Source: Myxococcales bacterium (GTDB lineage: Bacteria > Myxococcota_A > UBA9042). From it: a stretch of 14,811 nt of DNA. Below are positions 1 to 7,016 of the stretch, piece by piece. The stretch covers positions 1 to 14,811 of the forward strand of contig JBBISH010000141.1 in NCBI GenBank assembly GCA_037441385.1. Direction: 5' to 3'. The notes beneath the pieces are model-generated. The model did not search any database and had not been told where the DNA came from. It was given only the letters and a program-made list of their open reading frames with translations. Position numbers and translations under genes: made by a program. Within the stretch, counting starts at the first letter, position 1, and each line of letters begins with the position of its first letter.

Positions 1-169
1 CGTGGCCGACGGCAAGAACGGCGCCGACGGCAAGGGCTGCACCGTCAAGGACAACGGCGACGGCACCAAGACCGTGAGCTGCGGCGATGGCACCAGCGCC
101 ACCGTGGCCGACGGCAAGGCCGGCACCAACGGCACGAACGGTACCAACGGCACGAACGGCCTGAACGGC
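1..169 (+). repeat. Intragenic repeats: 34-codon module plus 9-bp Gly-X-Asn (collagen-like) tandem
   Basis: cgtggccgacggcaag occurs at 1-16 and 103-118, a 102-nt period encoding VADGK..GCTVKDNGDGTKTVSCGDGTSAT. Bases 122-169 are ggcaccaac/ggcacgaac/ggtaccaac/ggcacgaac/ggcctgaac/ggc, encoding (GTN)4-GLN-G. Confidence 0.85.
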
Positions 170-2869
170 CTGTCGACCGCCAGCACCGGCATCAACATCA
201 CGATCAAGAGCATCAGCACGGCCGCGGCCGACCCGATCGTGGTCAACTTCACCATGACCGATGACAAGGGCTACGCCATCGACGTGTGCGGCGGCTACTC
301 GCTGAACACCGTGATCCGCCCCTCGTTCGGCCTGGCCTACAACGCCACCAACGCCGCTGGCAAGCTGCTGCCCTACGTCATGCTGACCAAGTCGGCCTCG
401 TCCAGCGCGCCGACCGTCTACAACCCCACCATGTTCAGCCCGCTCGGCACCGACTGCAAGCCTGCCGTCGACTCGACCGGCGCCTCGACCGGCTACGGCA
501 CGTTCAAGCAGAACGCCCCCGGCGACTACACCTACACCTTCCCGACCGCCGACACCGCCAAGGGCCCCAAGGGCGTGAAGTACGACGCCGCCCAGGCTGA
601 TGTGACCCACACCCTGTGGATCCAGGCCACCCGTCAGGTCGACACGGTCTACACGCAGAACACCGCGACCTTCAAGGCGATCAACAAGGAATACGCCTTC
701 ATCCCCAGCGGCAAGGGCACGCCGGTTCGTCGCGAGCTCGTCGCCACCGCCAGCTGCAGCGCCTGCCACCGCGGCTTCGCTCCCGAGAACACCGTCTCGT
801 CGGGCTTCCACGGCGCCGGCCGCGTGGAAGGCAACTACTGCGCCGTGTGCCACAACGGTCGTTTGAGCTCGACCGGCGCGGCCAACCCCGCCGCCGACGC
901 GGGCGTGTTCATTCACCGCCTGCACTTCAGCGAAGACATCAACCCGGCGAACCTGTTCCACGCGATCAAGTTCCCGTTCCCGCAGGATGTCCGCAACTGC
1001 AACGTCTGCCACGCCAACAGCCTGCAGGCCGATCAGTGGAAGACCCGCCCGAACATCAACGCTTGCACGTCGTGCCACGACAACGTCAGCATGACCGACA
1101 CCACCCTGGCCAAGTGCAACTCGGCCGCCGACAAGGCCCAGACCATCGATCCGGCCACCGGCTTCCGCAAGCTCTGCCAGCACAGCGGCGGCGCCAAGAC
1201 CGACAACGACTGCACCACCTGCCACTCGGACACCGACATCGCCGGCTACCACGTGCCCGTCGACAAGCCGAATCCGTGCAACTCGCTGGACATGGCTGGC
1301 CAGGCGACCACCACCGCGTGCCCCAGCATCAACAACAACACCAACGCCGCCTACCTGGCCGCCAGCAAGACCGTCCCCACGGGCGCGGATGTCCTGACCT
1401 ACGATGTCAAGTCGGTTGGTACCTGGCTCGACGGCACCGTGCGTCGTCCGCAGATCGTCTTCAAGATCAAGAAGAACGGCACCGACGTGGTCTTCCAGAC
1501 CTACGCCGCCGGCAGCGTCACGGAGATGATGCCCAACTTCGTCGGCTCGCCGAGCGCCTACTTCGTGTGGGCCGTGCCCCAAGACGGGATCAGCATGCCG
1601 GCGGACTTCAACGCCAGCGGCAGCGCCTACCTCAAGAGCGTGTGGGCCGGCCTGACCAGCGACATCAAGACCGGCACGGTCACCCAGGGCAAGCAAGGCA
1701 CCACCGATTGCACCACTTCGGCGCCCTGCACCTGCGGCGACGGCCTGAACAGCAACCCGGCGGTCTGCAAGGTTCCGCTCGGTTCGCTGGCGCTGGATGC
1801 CACCACCGGCTACTACACCGTCAAGCTGTTCCAGGTGAAGATCGGCGACGACGCCAGCATGCTGACCGGCGGCGTGGGCTACACCTATGGCCTGACCTCG
1901 ACCCAGCCCTTTACCCAGACCAACCTGCCCAAGTACCCGGTCAAGGACACGACGGTCAAGGATGCCTGGGGCCTGGCCCTCAAGTCGGGCGGCTTAATCG
2001 TCGCCGCGCCGAACGTCTGGCTGGCCGCGACCAACACCGCCGTCACCACCGGTACGCAGACCTACGGCTACCAGGTCATCAACGGCGTCAACACGCTGTG
2101 CGCCTCGACCGCGACCAAGTCCTGCACCTGCAGCACGACCGCCGCCTGCAACAGCTGGGCTGCTCGCCGCGTCATCGTCGACACCAACGCTTGCAACAAG
2201 TGCCACACCCAACTGGGCGCCCTGCCGTCGTTCCACGCCGGCCAGCGCAACGACGCCGCCAGTTGCAACTGGTGCCACAACCCGAACCGCACTAGCTCGG
2301 CGTGGTCGGCTAACGCCAAGGACTTCATCCACGGCATCCACGGCGCCCGCAAGCGCACCATCCCGCTGACCTGGCACGCGGTCTCGCCGACCCAGAACTA
2401 CTCGTACGTCGAGTTCGCCGGTCCGCTCAGCGACTGCACCGCTTGCCACGTGGCTGGCATGTTCGACTTCAGCAACACCGCGACCAGCAACGCGCTGCCG
2501 AACATGCTGGTGTCGACGGTGGGTCAGGGCAAGTACAATGGCGACCCCGTCACCAACCCGACTGGCTACTTCAGCATTTCGCCCTACGTGTTGGCCGACA
2601 ACACCACGGACTACGGTGCGGGCTTCAGCGTGTCGAACGCGACCGGCGTCATCACCGCCGCCAAGGACACCACCTTGGTCAGCACGCCGATCACTGCGGC
2701 TTGCGCGGCTTGCCACGACAACGCCCCGGCCATCGACCACATGCAGGCCGCTGGCGGTCGCTTCTACGACACCCGCGCGAACACGTTCGCCAAGGGCGCC
2801 ATCAAGGAGCAGTGCCTGCTCTGCCACGGCCCCGGCCGTATCGCCGCCATCGGCGTGGTCCACAACTAA
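2..2869 (+). CDS. MtrC/OmcA-family decaheme c-type cytochrome (extracellular electron transfer), 5' end lies outside the window
   Basis: The ORF is open from the window edge to TAA at 2867-2869. It has ten CxxCH motifs (CSACH, CAVCH, CNVCH, CTSCH, CTTCH / CNKCH, CNWCH, CTACH, CAACH, CLLCH) in two pentaheme blocks. Each block is preceded by a heme-free beta-rich region and contains family-typical segments (GDYTYTF, FIHRLH, FPQDVRNC, FIHGIH, SPIT-like TPITAACAACHD). Codon usage is strongly C-ending. The first residue is an internal GTG, not a true start. Confidence 0.93.
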   Translation: MADGKNGADGKGCTVKDNGDGTKTVSCGDGTSATVADGKAGTNGTNGTNGTNGLNGLSTASTGINITIKSISTAAADPIVVNFTMTDDKGYAIDVCGGYSLNTVIRPSFGLAYNATNAAGKLLPYVMLTKSASSSAPTVYNPTMFSPLGTDCKPAVDSTGASTGYGTFKQNAPGDYTYTFPTADTAKGPKGVKYDAAQADVTHTLWIQATRQVDTVYTQNTATFKAINKEYAFIPSGKGTPVRRELVATASCSACHRGFAPENTVSSGFHGAGRVEGNYCAVCHNGRLSSTGAANPAADAGVFIHRLHFSEDINPANLFHAIKFPFPQDVRNCNVCHANSLQADQWKTRPNINACTSCHDNVSMTDTTLAKCNSAADKAQTIDPATGFRKLCQHSGGAKTDNDCTTCHSDTDIAGYHVPVDKPNPCNSLDMAGQATTTACPSINNNTNAAYLAASKTVPTGADVLTYDVKSVGTWLDGTVRRPQIVFKIKKNGTDVVFQTYAAGSVTEMMPNFVGSPSAYFVWAVPQDGISMPADFNASGSAYLKSVWAGLTSDIKTGTVTQGKQGTTDCTTSAPCTCGDGLNSNPAVCKVPLGSLALDATTGYYTVKLFQVKIGDDASMLTGGVGYTYGLTSTQPFTQTNLPKYPVKDTTVKDAWGLALKSGGLIVAAPNVWLAATNTAVTTGTQTYGYQVINGVNTLCASTATKSCTCSTTAACNSWAARRVIVDTNACNKCHTQLGALPSFHAGQRNDAASCNWCHNPNRTSSAWSANAKDFIHGIHGARKRTIPLTWHAVSPTQNYSYVEFAGPLSDCTACHVAGMFDFSNTATSNALPNMLVSTVGQGKYNGDPVTNPTGYFSISPYVLADNTTDYGAGFSVSNATGVITAAKDTTLVSTPITAACAACHDNAPAIDHMQAAGGRFYDTRANTFAKGAIKEQCLLCHGPGRIAAIGVVHN

Positions 2870-2909
2870 GCTGTTCGGTGCCAGGCTTCGCGCCTGACCA
2901 GTGCGCCAC

Positions 2910-2965
2910 GGTGCAGGTCCAGATCCCAATCGAATCTTAGGATTCCCAGAGACTGGACCTGCACC
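2910..2965 (+). terminator. Stem-loop downstream of the cytochrome gene (terminator or 3' mRNA stabiliser)
   Basis: Perfect 13-bp inverted repeat ggtgcaggtccag (2910-2922) / ctggacctgcacc (2953-2965), with an inner gaatc-ttag-gattc hairpin (2932-2945), 40 nt after the stop codon. There is no U-tract, so it is not a canonical intrinsic terminator. Confidence 0.5.
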
Positions 2966-3273
2966 CGCGCTCAGCTAGTCCCCGTTTCTACGCATCGTCC
3001 TCGCGTGCCTTGACCTAGCCCGCCCCCCCCTTTGGCTGGGAAGGCAAACTGGACGGAAGCTCTCGGGTTGCGCCGCCTGCTCGGCTGTTCGGCAGGTGGC
3101 GCGGCCGCGAGGGCACCTCCCCCTGCAACCCGCGATCGTCCCGACCCCTCGCTTGGGGCGATCGCTCCCCTCGGCTTGCGGCGCGAACCTTGGTGGGCGA
3201 CCGCCGTGCTGCACACGTCGACGGAATTCGACGGGCGCCTCGCCCTCTGCTGGGAATTGCCGCCGTTGGATGC

Positions 3274-3472
3274 GCGAATCGCCGAGCTCGCATCGGAGTT
3301 CCGGCGTGATTCTCGCTGGGTGCAGGCCCGCTCAGCGAAACAGTCCGAGTGTGAATCAGGTGGGGTTCGTATCATACGCACCCCACCTGACTCGCGCCTG
3401 TACGGCTTCTCTGACCCGTTCTGCAACTGGCGAGAATCAGGCGGGGACCCCGGTTCGGGCCCGAAGAATCGC
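3274..3472. repeat. ~200 bp ungapped imperfect palindrome made of four alternating copies of a 14-16 bp motif (REP/REPIN/BIME-like)
   Basis: Position p pairs with 6746-p (centre 3373). By hand count about 71 of 99 positions are complementary, with no gaps. The core is tcaggtggggttcgtat-c-atacgcaccccacctga. Motif copies: 3299-3312 (+, degenerate), 3353-3366 (-), 3380-3393 (+), 3434-3447 (-). Confidence 0.85.
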
Positions 3473-3889
3473 TCGAGTTTTCGATCCGATTCGGACGGAA
3501 TTGGTATGACCCATGGCGCAATGCGCGGGCGCTTGGCACGCCGTCAACATCTCGTCGCGCCGGTAGGGAATCGCAACGAAATTGCTGATCAACGCCATCG
3601 CCACAAAGACCCACCAGCCGCCCAGCAACAGTCGCCGCCGGGACGGACTGGGCGGGGACGCGCCGGTCAGCCAATTGCCCAGGGCCGTGGCCCGCAAGCG
3701 CGCCGTGGACGCCAACGGACCTACGCCATCTTGCCGGGTTGCCGCAATCGGCGTCGAGCCAAGCGCATGGGCAGGCGAGCGGTACCGCGCGACGCGCCCC
3801 GACTCGACCTCCGCGGATTCGTCGATCGTCTGCGCGGATGCCAAGTCGTCGGGATTGGGCTGGCCAGAATTCGGGTCGATAGAGACCAC
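3437..3889 (-). CDS. Hypothetical single-pass membrane protein (150 aa)
   Basis: GTG start preceded by GGGGGAG 4 nt upstream. The N-terminus looks acidic and disordered, followed by RRR and a hydrophobic stretch LLLGGWWVFVAMALISNFVAIPY. The stop TGA lies inside palindrome motif copy 3434-3447. No family recognised. Confidence 0.5.
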   Translation of the reverse strand: MVSIDPNSGQPNPDDLASAQTIDESAEVESGRVARYRSPAHALGSTPIAATRQDGVGPLASTARLRATALGNWLTGASPPSPSRRRLLLGGWWVFVAMALISNFVAIPYRRDEMLTACQAPAHCAMGHTNSVRIGSKTRAILRARTGVPA

Positions 3890-4117
3890 GAGGCTCCCCC
3901 AAATGCATTCGGCATAGCCGTTCTACGAGGCTACAGCGTTGCCCCCGATCCAGCAAGTTGTCTTCACGCTACTGAACGGCTTGCTCGCCGCGGGCCGCGC
4001 AGGTGTCGTCCGCTCTGTGCAAAAAGCCGGAATACTGGCGGTCTACGGCCGGCCACGGGCGTCTGCCCAGGGACAGGTTCACCAAGTTGGCGGCTGCGGC
4101 CGGGATCGCGCGCCCGG

Positions 4118-6877
4118 CTACTGCGGGCTGCGGGCCAGATTCGTCCTGGCCGGCAAGCGCTTGTCGGGTGAACGGCCCGACCGGCCCAACCACCACTTGG
4201 CTGCGTCCAGTACCGGAACCACGGTGATGGCAACGCCCAGGGCCAACAACAAGTCGCTCGCTGGGACCAGCGCCATGTCCAGCGCTTGGCGCAGGCTTGG
4301 CAGTGCGTACAACGCCGCCAGGGCCAGCAGCTCGCCAGCCACTGCCCAGTTAAGCCAGCGATTGCGAAACGGTTTGTGCAGTGTGGAGTGGCTTTGCGAC
4401 CGGAAGGTGTAGGCCTTGAGAAACTGGATGCCCACCAGCGACAAGAAAGTCACCGTGGCGGCCGCGGTGTGGTCGCCGCTTCGCGTCAATACCGCATGGT
4501 AGAGCGCCAAATTGACCGCAGTGGACCAAAGCCCGCCCAGGAGCATCAGTTTCACCACGGTCGGCGTAAAGATCCCTTGGCCCACCGGGCGCGGTCGGCG
4601 CCGCATGATGTCCCCGGCCGGCGGATCGAGCGCCAAGGCCAACGCCGGCAGGCCGTCGGTGGCCAGGTTGACGTACAGCAACTGGATCGCACTCAAGGGC
4701 AGTGGCCAGCCGAGCAGGGTCGCGCCGACCATCAAGCCCAGTTCACCCGTGTTCGACGAGAGCAGGTACATCAAGTATTTCTTGATGTTGTCGTAGATCG
4801 CCCGGCCCTCTTCGACCGCCGCGACCACCGTGGCGAAGTTGTCGTCCGTCAAGGTCATGGCGGCGGCGTCTTTGGCCACGTCGGTGCCGGCGCGCCCCAT
4901 GGCCACGCCAATGTCGGCGCGCTTTAGTGCGGGGGCATCGTTGATGCCGTCGCCGGTCATCGCCACCACCTCGCCGCGCGCCTGCAAGGCTTGCACGATG
5001 CGCAGCTTGTCGGCCGGAGCCACGCGAGCGAATACCGCGATGCGGTTGACTTGTTCCGCCAATTCGGCGTCCGTCAGGGCCTGCAACTCCGCGCCCGTGA
5101 CCAGACGGCCGTCCTTCAAGATACCCAGTTCGCGGGCCACCGCAGCCGCCGTGGCGGGGTGGTCGCCCGTGATCATCACCACGCGCACGCCGGCCGTCTG
5201 GCAGCGGGCCACCGATTCGGCCGCCTCGGCCCGCGGCGGGTCGTCCATACCGACCAGACCCAGCAGTGTCAGCGCGGGACCACCCGCCTCTAACACGTCG
5301 CCGTGGGCCCAGGCAATCGCCATGACCCGCAGCGCGCCGTCGGCCATGCGCCGGGCCGCCGCCAGGGCTCGGTCGAGATCCAACGGTTCAAAGGGCACAG
5401 CCGGCCCTTGGTCGGTCGCCCAATGGGTGCACTGACTCACCACGACCTCGGGGGCGCCTTTGACAAAAGTCCGGACGCCGTCTTGGGTTTGATGGACGCA
5501 GGCCATGCGCTTGCTCTCCGACGTGAACGGCTGCTCGCGCAGACGCGGCGCCGCGGACCGGAGCGCGGACACGTCGACCTCGGCCTTGTGGGCCAGCACG
5601 AGCAGCGCCCCCTCGGTGGGATCGCCGCGCAGCGAGCTCGCAGTGGCGGGCTGCCCGGCCTCGAAATGCGCATCGCTGGCCAGGACCGCCGCAGTCGCCA
5701 ATTCGCGGACCAGCGCCGAAGGGGGCAACGCCAGGTCTTGCATGGCAAAGCCGCCCTGGGCACTGTAGCCCGCGCCGCCGACTTGCCAGTCCTGACCGGC
5801 CAGCCACAGCCCGCGCACCGTCATTTCGTTGCGGGTCAGCGTGCCGGTCTTGTCGGTGCAAATGACGGTGGTCGATCCCAGCGTCTCGGCCGCCGCCAGC
5901 CGCCGCAGCACCGCGTTGCGCCGGGCCAACCGCTGTACCCCCAGGGCCAGCGACACGGTGACCACCGCAGGTAGCGCCTCCGGCACCACCGCCACCGCCA
6001 GGGCAATGCCAAAAATCACCATATCGGCAAGCGGTTGCCCGCGCTGCAAGCCAAACAGGACCACCACCGCGACTACCGCCAGACTGCCGCGGAGCAGTTG
6101 CTTGCCCACGCGGTCCAGGTCGCGCTGCAGCGGCGTCGCCGGCTCGCGCACGTGGGCAATCAGCCCTGCAATTTGACCAACTTGCGTGGCCGAGCCGATG
6201 GCCGTCACCACCGCCAGCCCGCGGCCGAACACCGCCGTGGTCGCCGCGTGAACCATGTTGGTGCGTTCGGCCAGGGCCGCGGCGGCATCCAGGCTAGCAA
6301 GCTGTTTCTCCACAGGAACAGACTCGCCGGTCAGCGCCGACTCGTCGACGCGCAAGTTGGCGGCCTCGATCAAGCGCGCATCGGCCGGGATACGGTCGCC
6401 AGCGGCCAGCACCAAGATGTCGCCGGGCACCACCTCGCGGGCGGGCAGACGCCTCCAGTCGCCCTCGCGAATCACAGTGGCGAGCGGCGCGGACAGGGCC
6501 CGCAGCGAAGCGATGGCGCGTTCGGCCTTGAATTCTTGGGCAAAGCTTAGCCCGGCGGCAAACAGGACGATCACGCCGATGGCCACCGCCTCGCCGGTCT
6601 TGCCCATCGCCACGGACAGCGCCATGGCGGCCAGCAGCGTGAGCAACATCACGTTCTTGAACTGCGCAAGCAGCAGCCGCCACACCGGCGAGCGATCGCG
6701 TTGGGCCAGTTCGTTGGGGCCAAAGGCCCGTTGCCGGTCAAGGGCTTGTGCGGCGTCCAGCCCATCAACCGCCGAGCTGAGTGCTTTCAGAGCCTGGTCG
6801 GGGGGCAAGCTGTGCCAATCGTCGCGGCGGGCGGGAACACCTTGCCGAACTACTGAATTGGGCGCGACGGTCGCCAT
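4118..6877 (-). CDS. Cation-transporting P-type ATPase, P2A (SERCA/PacL/CtpF-like, probably Ca2+)
   Basis: Motifs present: FGPNEL, DESALTGES, VPEALP, phosphorylation site CTDKTGTLT, KGAPE, DPPR, MITGDH, TGDGINDAPALK, TM5 YLLSSNTGE, TM6 QLLYVNLATDGLPALAL. ATG at 6877 is preferred over TTG at 6886; stop TAG at 4118-4120. Confidence 0.95.
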   Translation of the reverse strand: MATVAPNSVVRQGVPARRDDWHSLPPDQALKALSSAVDGLDAAQALDRQRAFGPNELAQRDRSPVWRLLLAQFKNVMLLTLLAAMALSVAMGKTGEAVAIGVIVLFAAGLSFAQEFKAERAIASLRALSAPLATVIREGDWRRLPAREVVPGDILVLAAGDRIPADARLIEAANLRVDESALTGESVPVEKQLASLDAAAALAERTNMVHAATTAVFGRGLAVVTAIGSATQVGQIAGLIAHVREPATPLQRDLDRVGKQLLRGSLAVVAVVVLFGLQRGQPLADMVIFGIALAVAVVPEALPAVVTVSLALGVQRLARRNAVLRRLAAAETLGSTTVICTDKTGTLTRNEMTVRGLWLAGQDWQVGGAGYSAQGGFAMQDLALPPSALVRELATAAVLASDAHFEAGQPATASSLRGDPTEGALLVLAHKAEVDVSALRSAAPRLREQPFTSESKRMACVHQTQDGVRTFVKGAPEVVVSQCTHWATDQGPAVPFEPLDLDRALAAARRMADGALRVMAIAWAHGDVLEAGGPALTLLGLVGMDDPPRAEAAESVARCQTAGVRVVMITGDHPATAAAVARELGILKDGRLVTGAELQALTDAELAEQVNRIAVFARVAPADKLRIVQALQARGEVVAMTGDGINDAPALKRADIGVAMGRAGTDVAKDAAAMTLTDDNFATVVAAVEEGRAIYDNIKKYLMYLLSSNTGELGLMVGATLLGWPLPLSAIQLLYVNLATDGLPALALALDPPAGDIMRRRPRPVGQGIFTPTVVKLMLLGGLWSTAVNLALYHAVLTRSGDHTAAATVTFLSLVGIQFLKAYTFRSQSHSTLHKPFRNRWLNWAVAGELLALAALYALPSLRQALDMALVPASDLLLALGVAITVVPVLDAAKWWLGRSGRSPDKRLPARTNLARSPQ

Positions 6878-6916
6878 GCTGCCCAAGCGACTGCGGGTCT
6901 GGCTGGCCCTGCCTTG

Positions 6917-6944
6917 AAGCTAGGTGCGCGGCCAAGCTTGTCAA
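6917..6944 (-). promoter_or_regulatory. Putative sigma70 promoter for the P-type ATPase
   Basis: The minus strand reads TTGACA (6944-6939), a 16-nt spacer, then TAGCTT (6922-6917). This ends about 40 nt upstream of the ATG at 6877. Confidence 0.55.
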
Positions 6945-6951
6945 CGCAGCG

Positions 6952-6971
6952 TGGCGACGCCAGAGTCGCCA
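6952..6971. promoter_or_regulatory. Dyad TGGCGAC-N6-GTCGCCA, candidate operator between divergent genes
   Basis: Perfect 7-bp inverted repeat with a 6-nt spacer. It lies just upstream of the ATPase -35 box and 5 nt before a TATGCT (-10-like, 6977-6982) that faces the TSUP gene. Confidence 0.4.
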
Positions 6972-7016
6972 TCGGCTATGCTGGTCCCAGGCGCGCGGGC
7001 TGCGCCGGAGTCTGCG

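Noticed and set aside
616..2295. Long alternative-frame and antisense ORFs (616-2295, 1994-2929, 7842-9755, 11683-13134, 13089-14342 and others)
   Set aside because: They are Arg/Pro/Gly/His-rich shadow frames of well-supported genes, as expected in high-GC DNA.
3274..3472. CRISPR array or integron attC interpretation of the repeated motif
   Set aside because: The copies alternate in orientation, are only 14-16 bp, and their 40-nt spacers resemble each other, and there are no cas genes. There are no RYYYAAC/GTTRRRY boxes at the ends and no integrase.
3216..3500. tmRNA, RNase P, SRP or 6S RNA
   Set aside because: gaattcgacggg resembles the tmRNA 5' segment, but the GGGG 5' end and the tRNA-like CCA 3' end are missing. 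No GAGGAAAGTCC or SRP GGAAG-loop motif is visible. The rod lacks a clear 6S central bubble; an Rfam scan would settle this.
2975..3889. TGA read-through (Sec/Trp recoding) joining 3437-3889 to the in-frame 2975-3214 ORF
   Set aside because: It would need three TGA read-throughs. Other genes here use TGG for Trp and TGA as stop, and the extended product resembles nothing recognisable.
3995..4070. Fluoride (crcB) riboswitch-like ACCGC...GACGACACCTGC on the minus strand
   Set aside because: The 5' GGxGATGG pseudoknot partner is absent and the downstream gene is not a fluoride-related family.
4099..4118. gccggg/cccggc hairpin at the ATPase stop as an intrinsic terminator
   Set aside because: Only a 6-bp GC stem with no U-tract, which is common by chance at this GC content.
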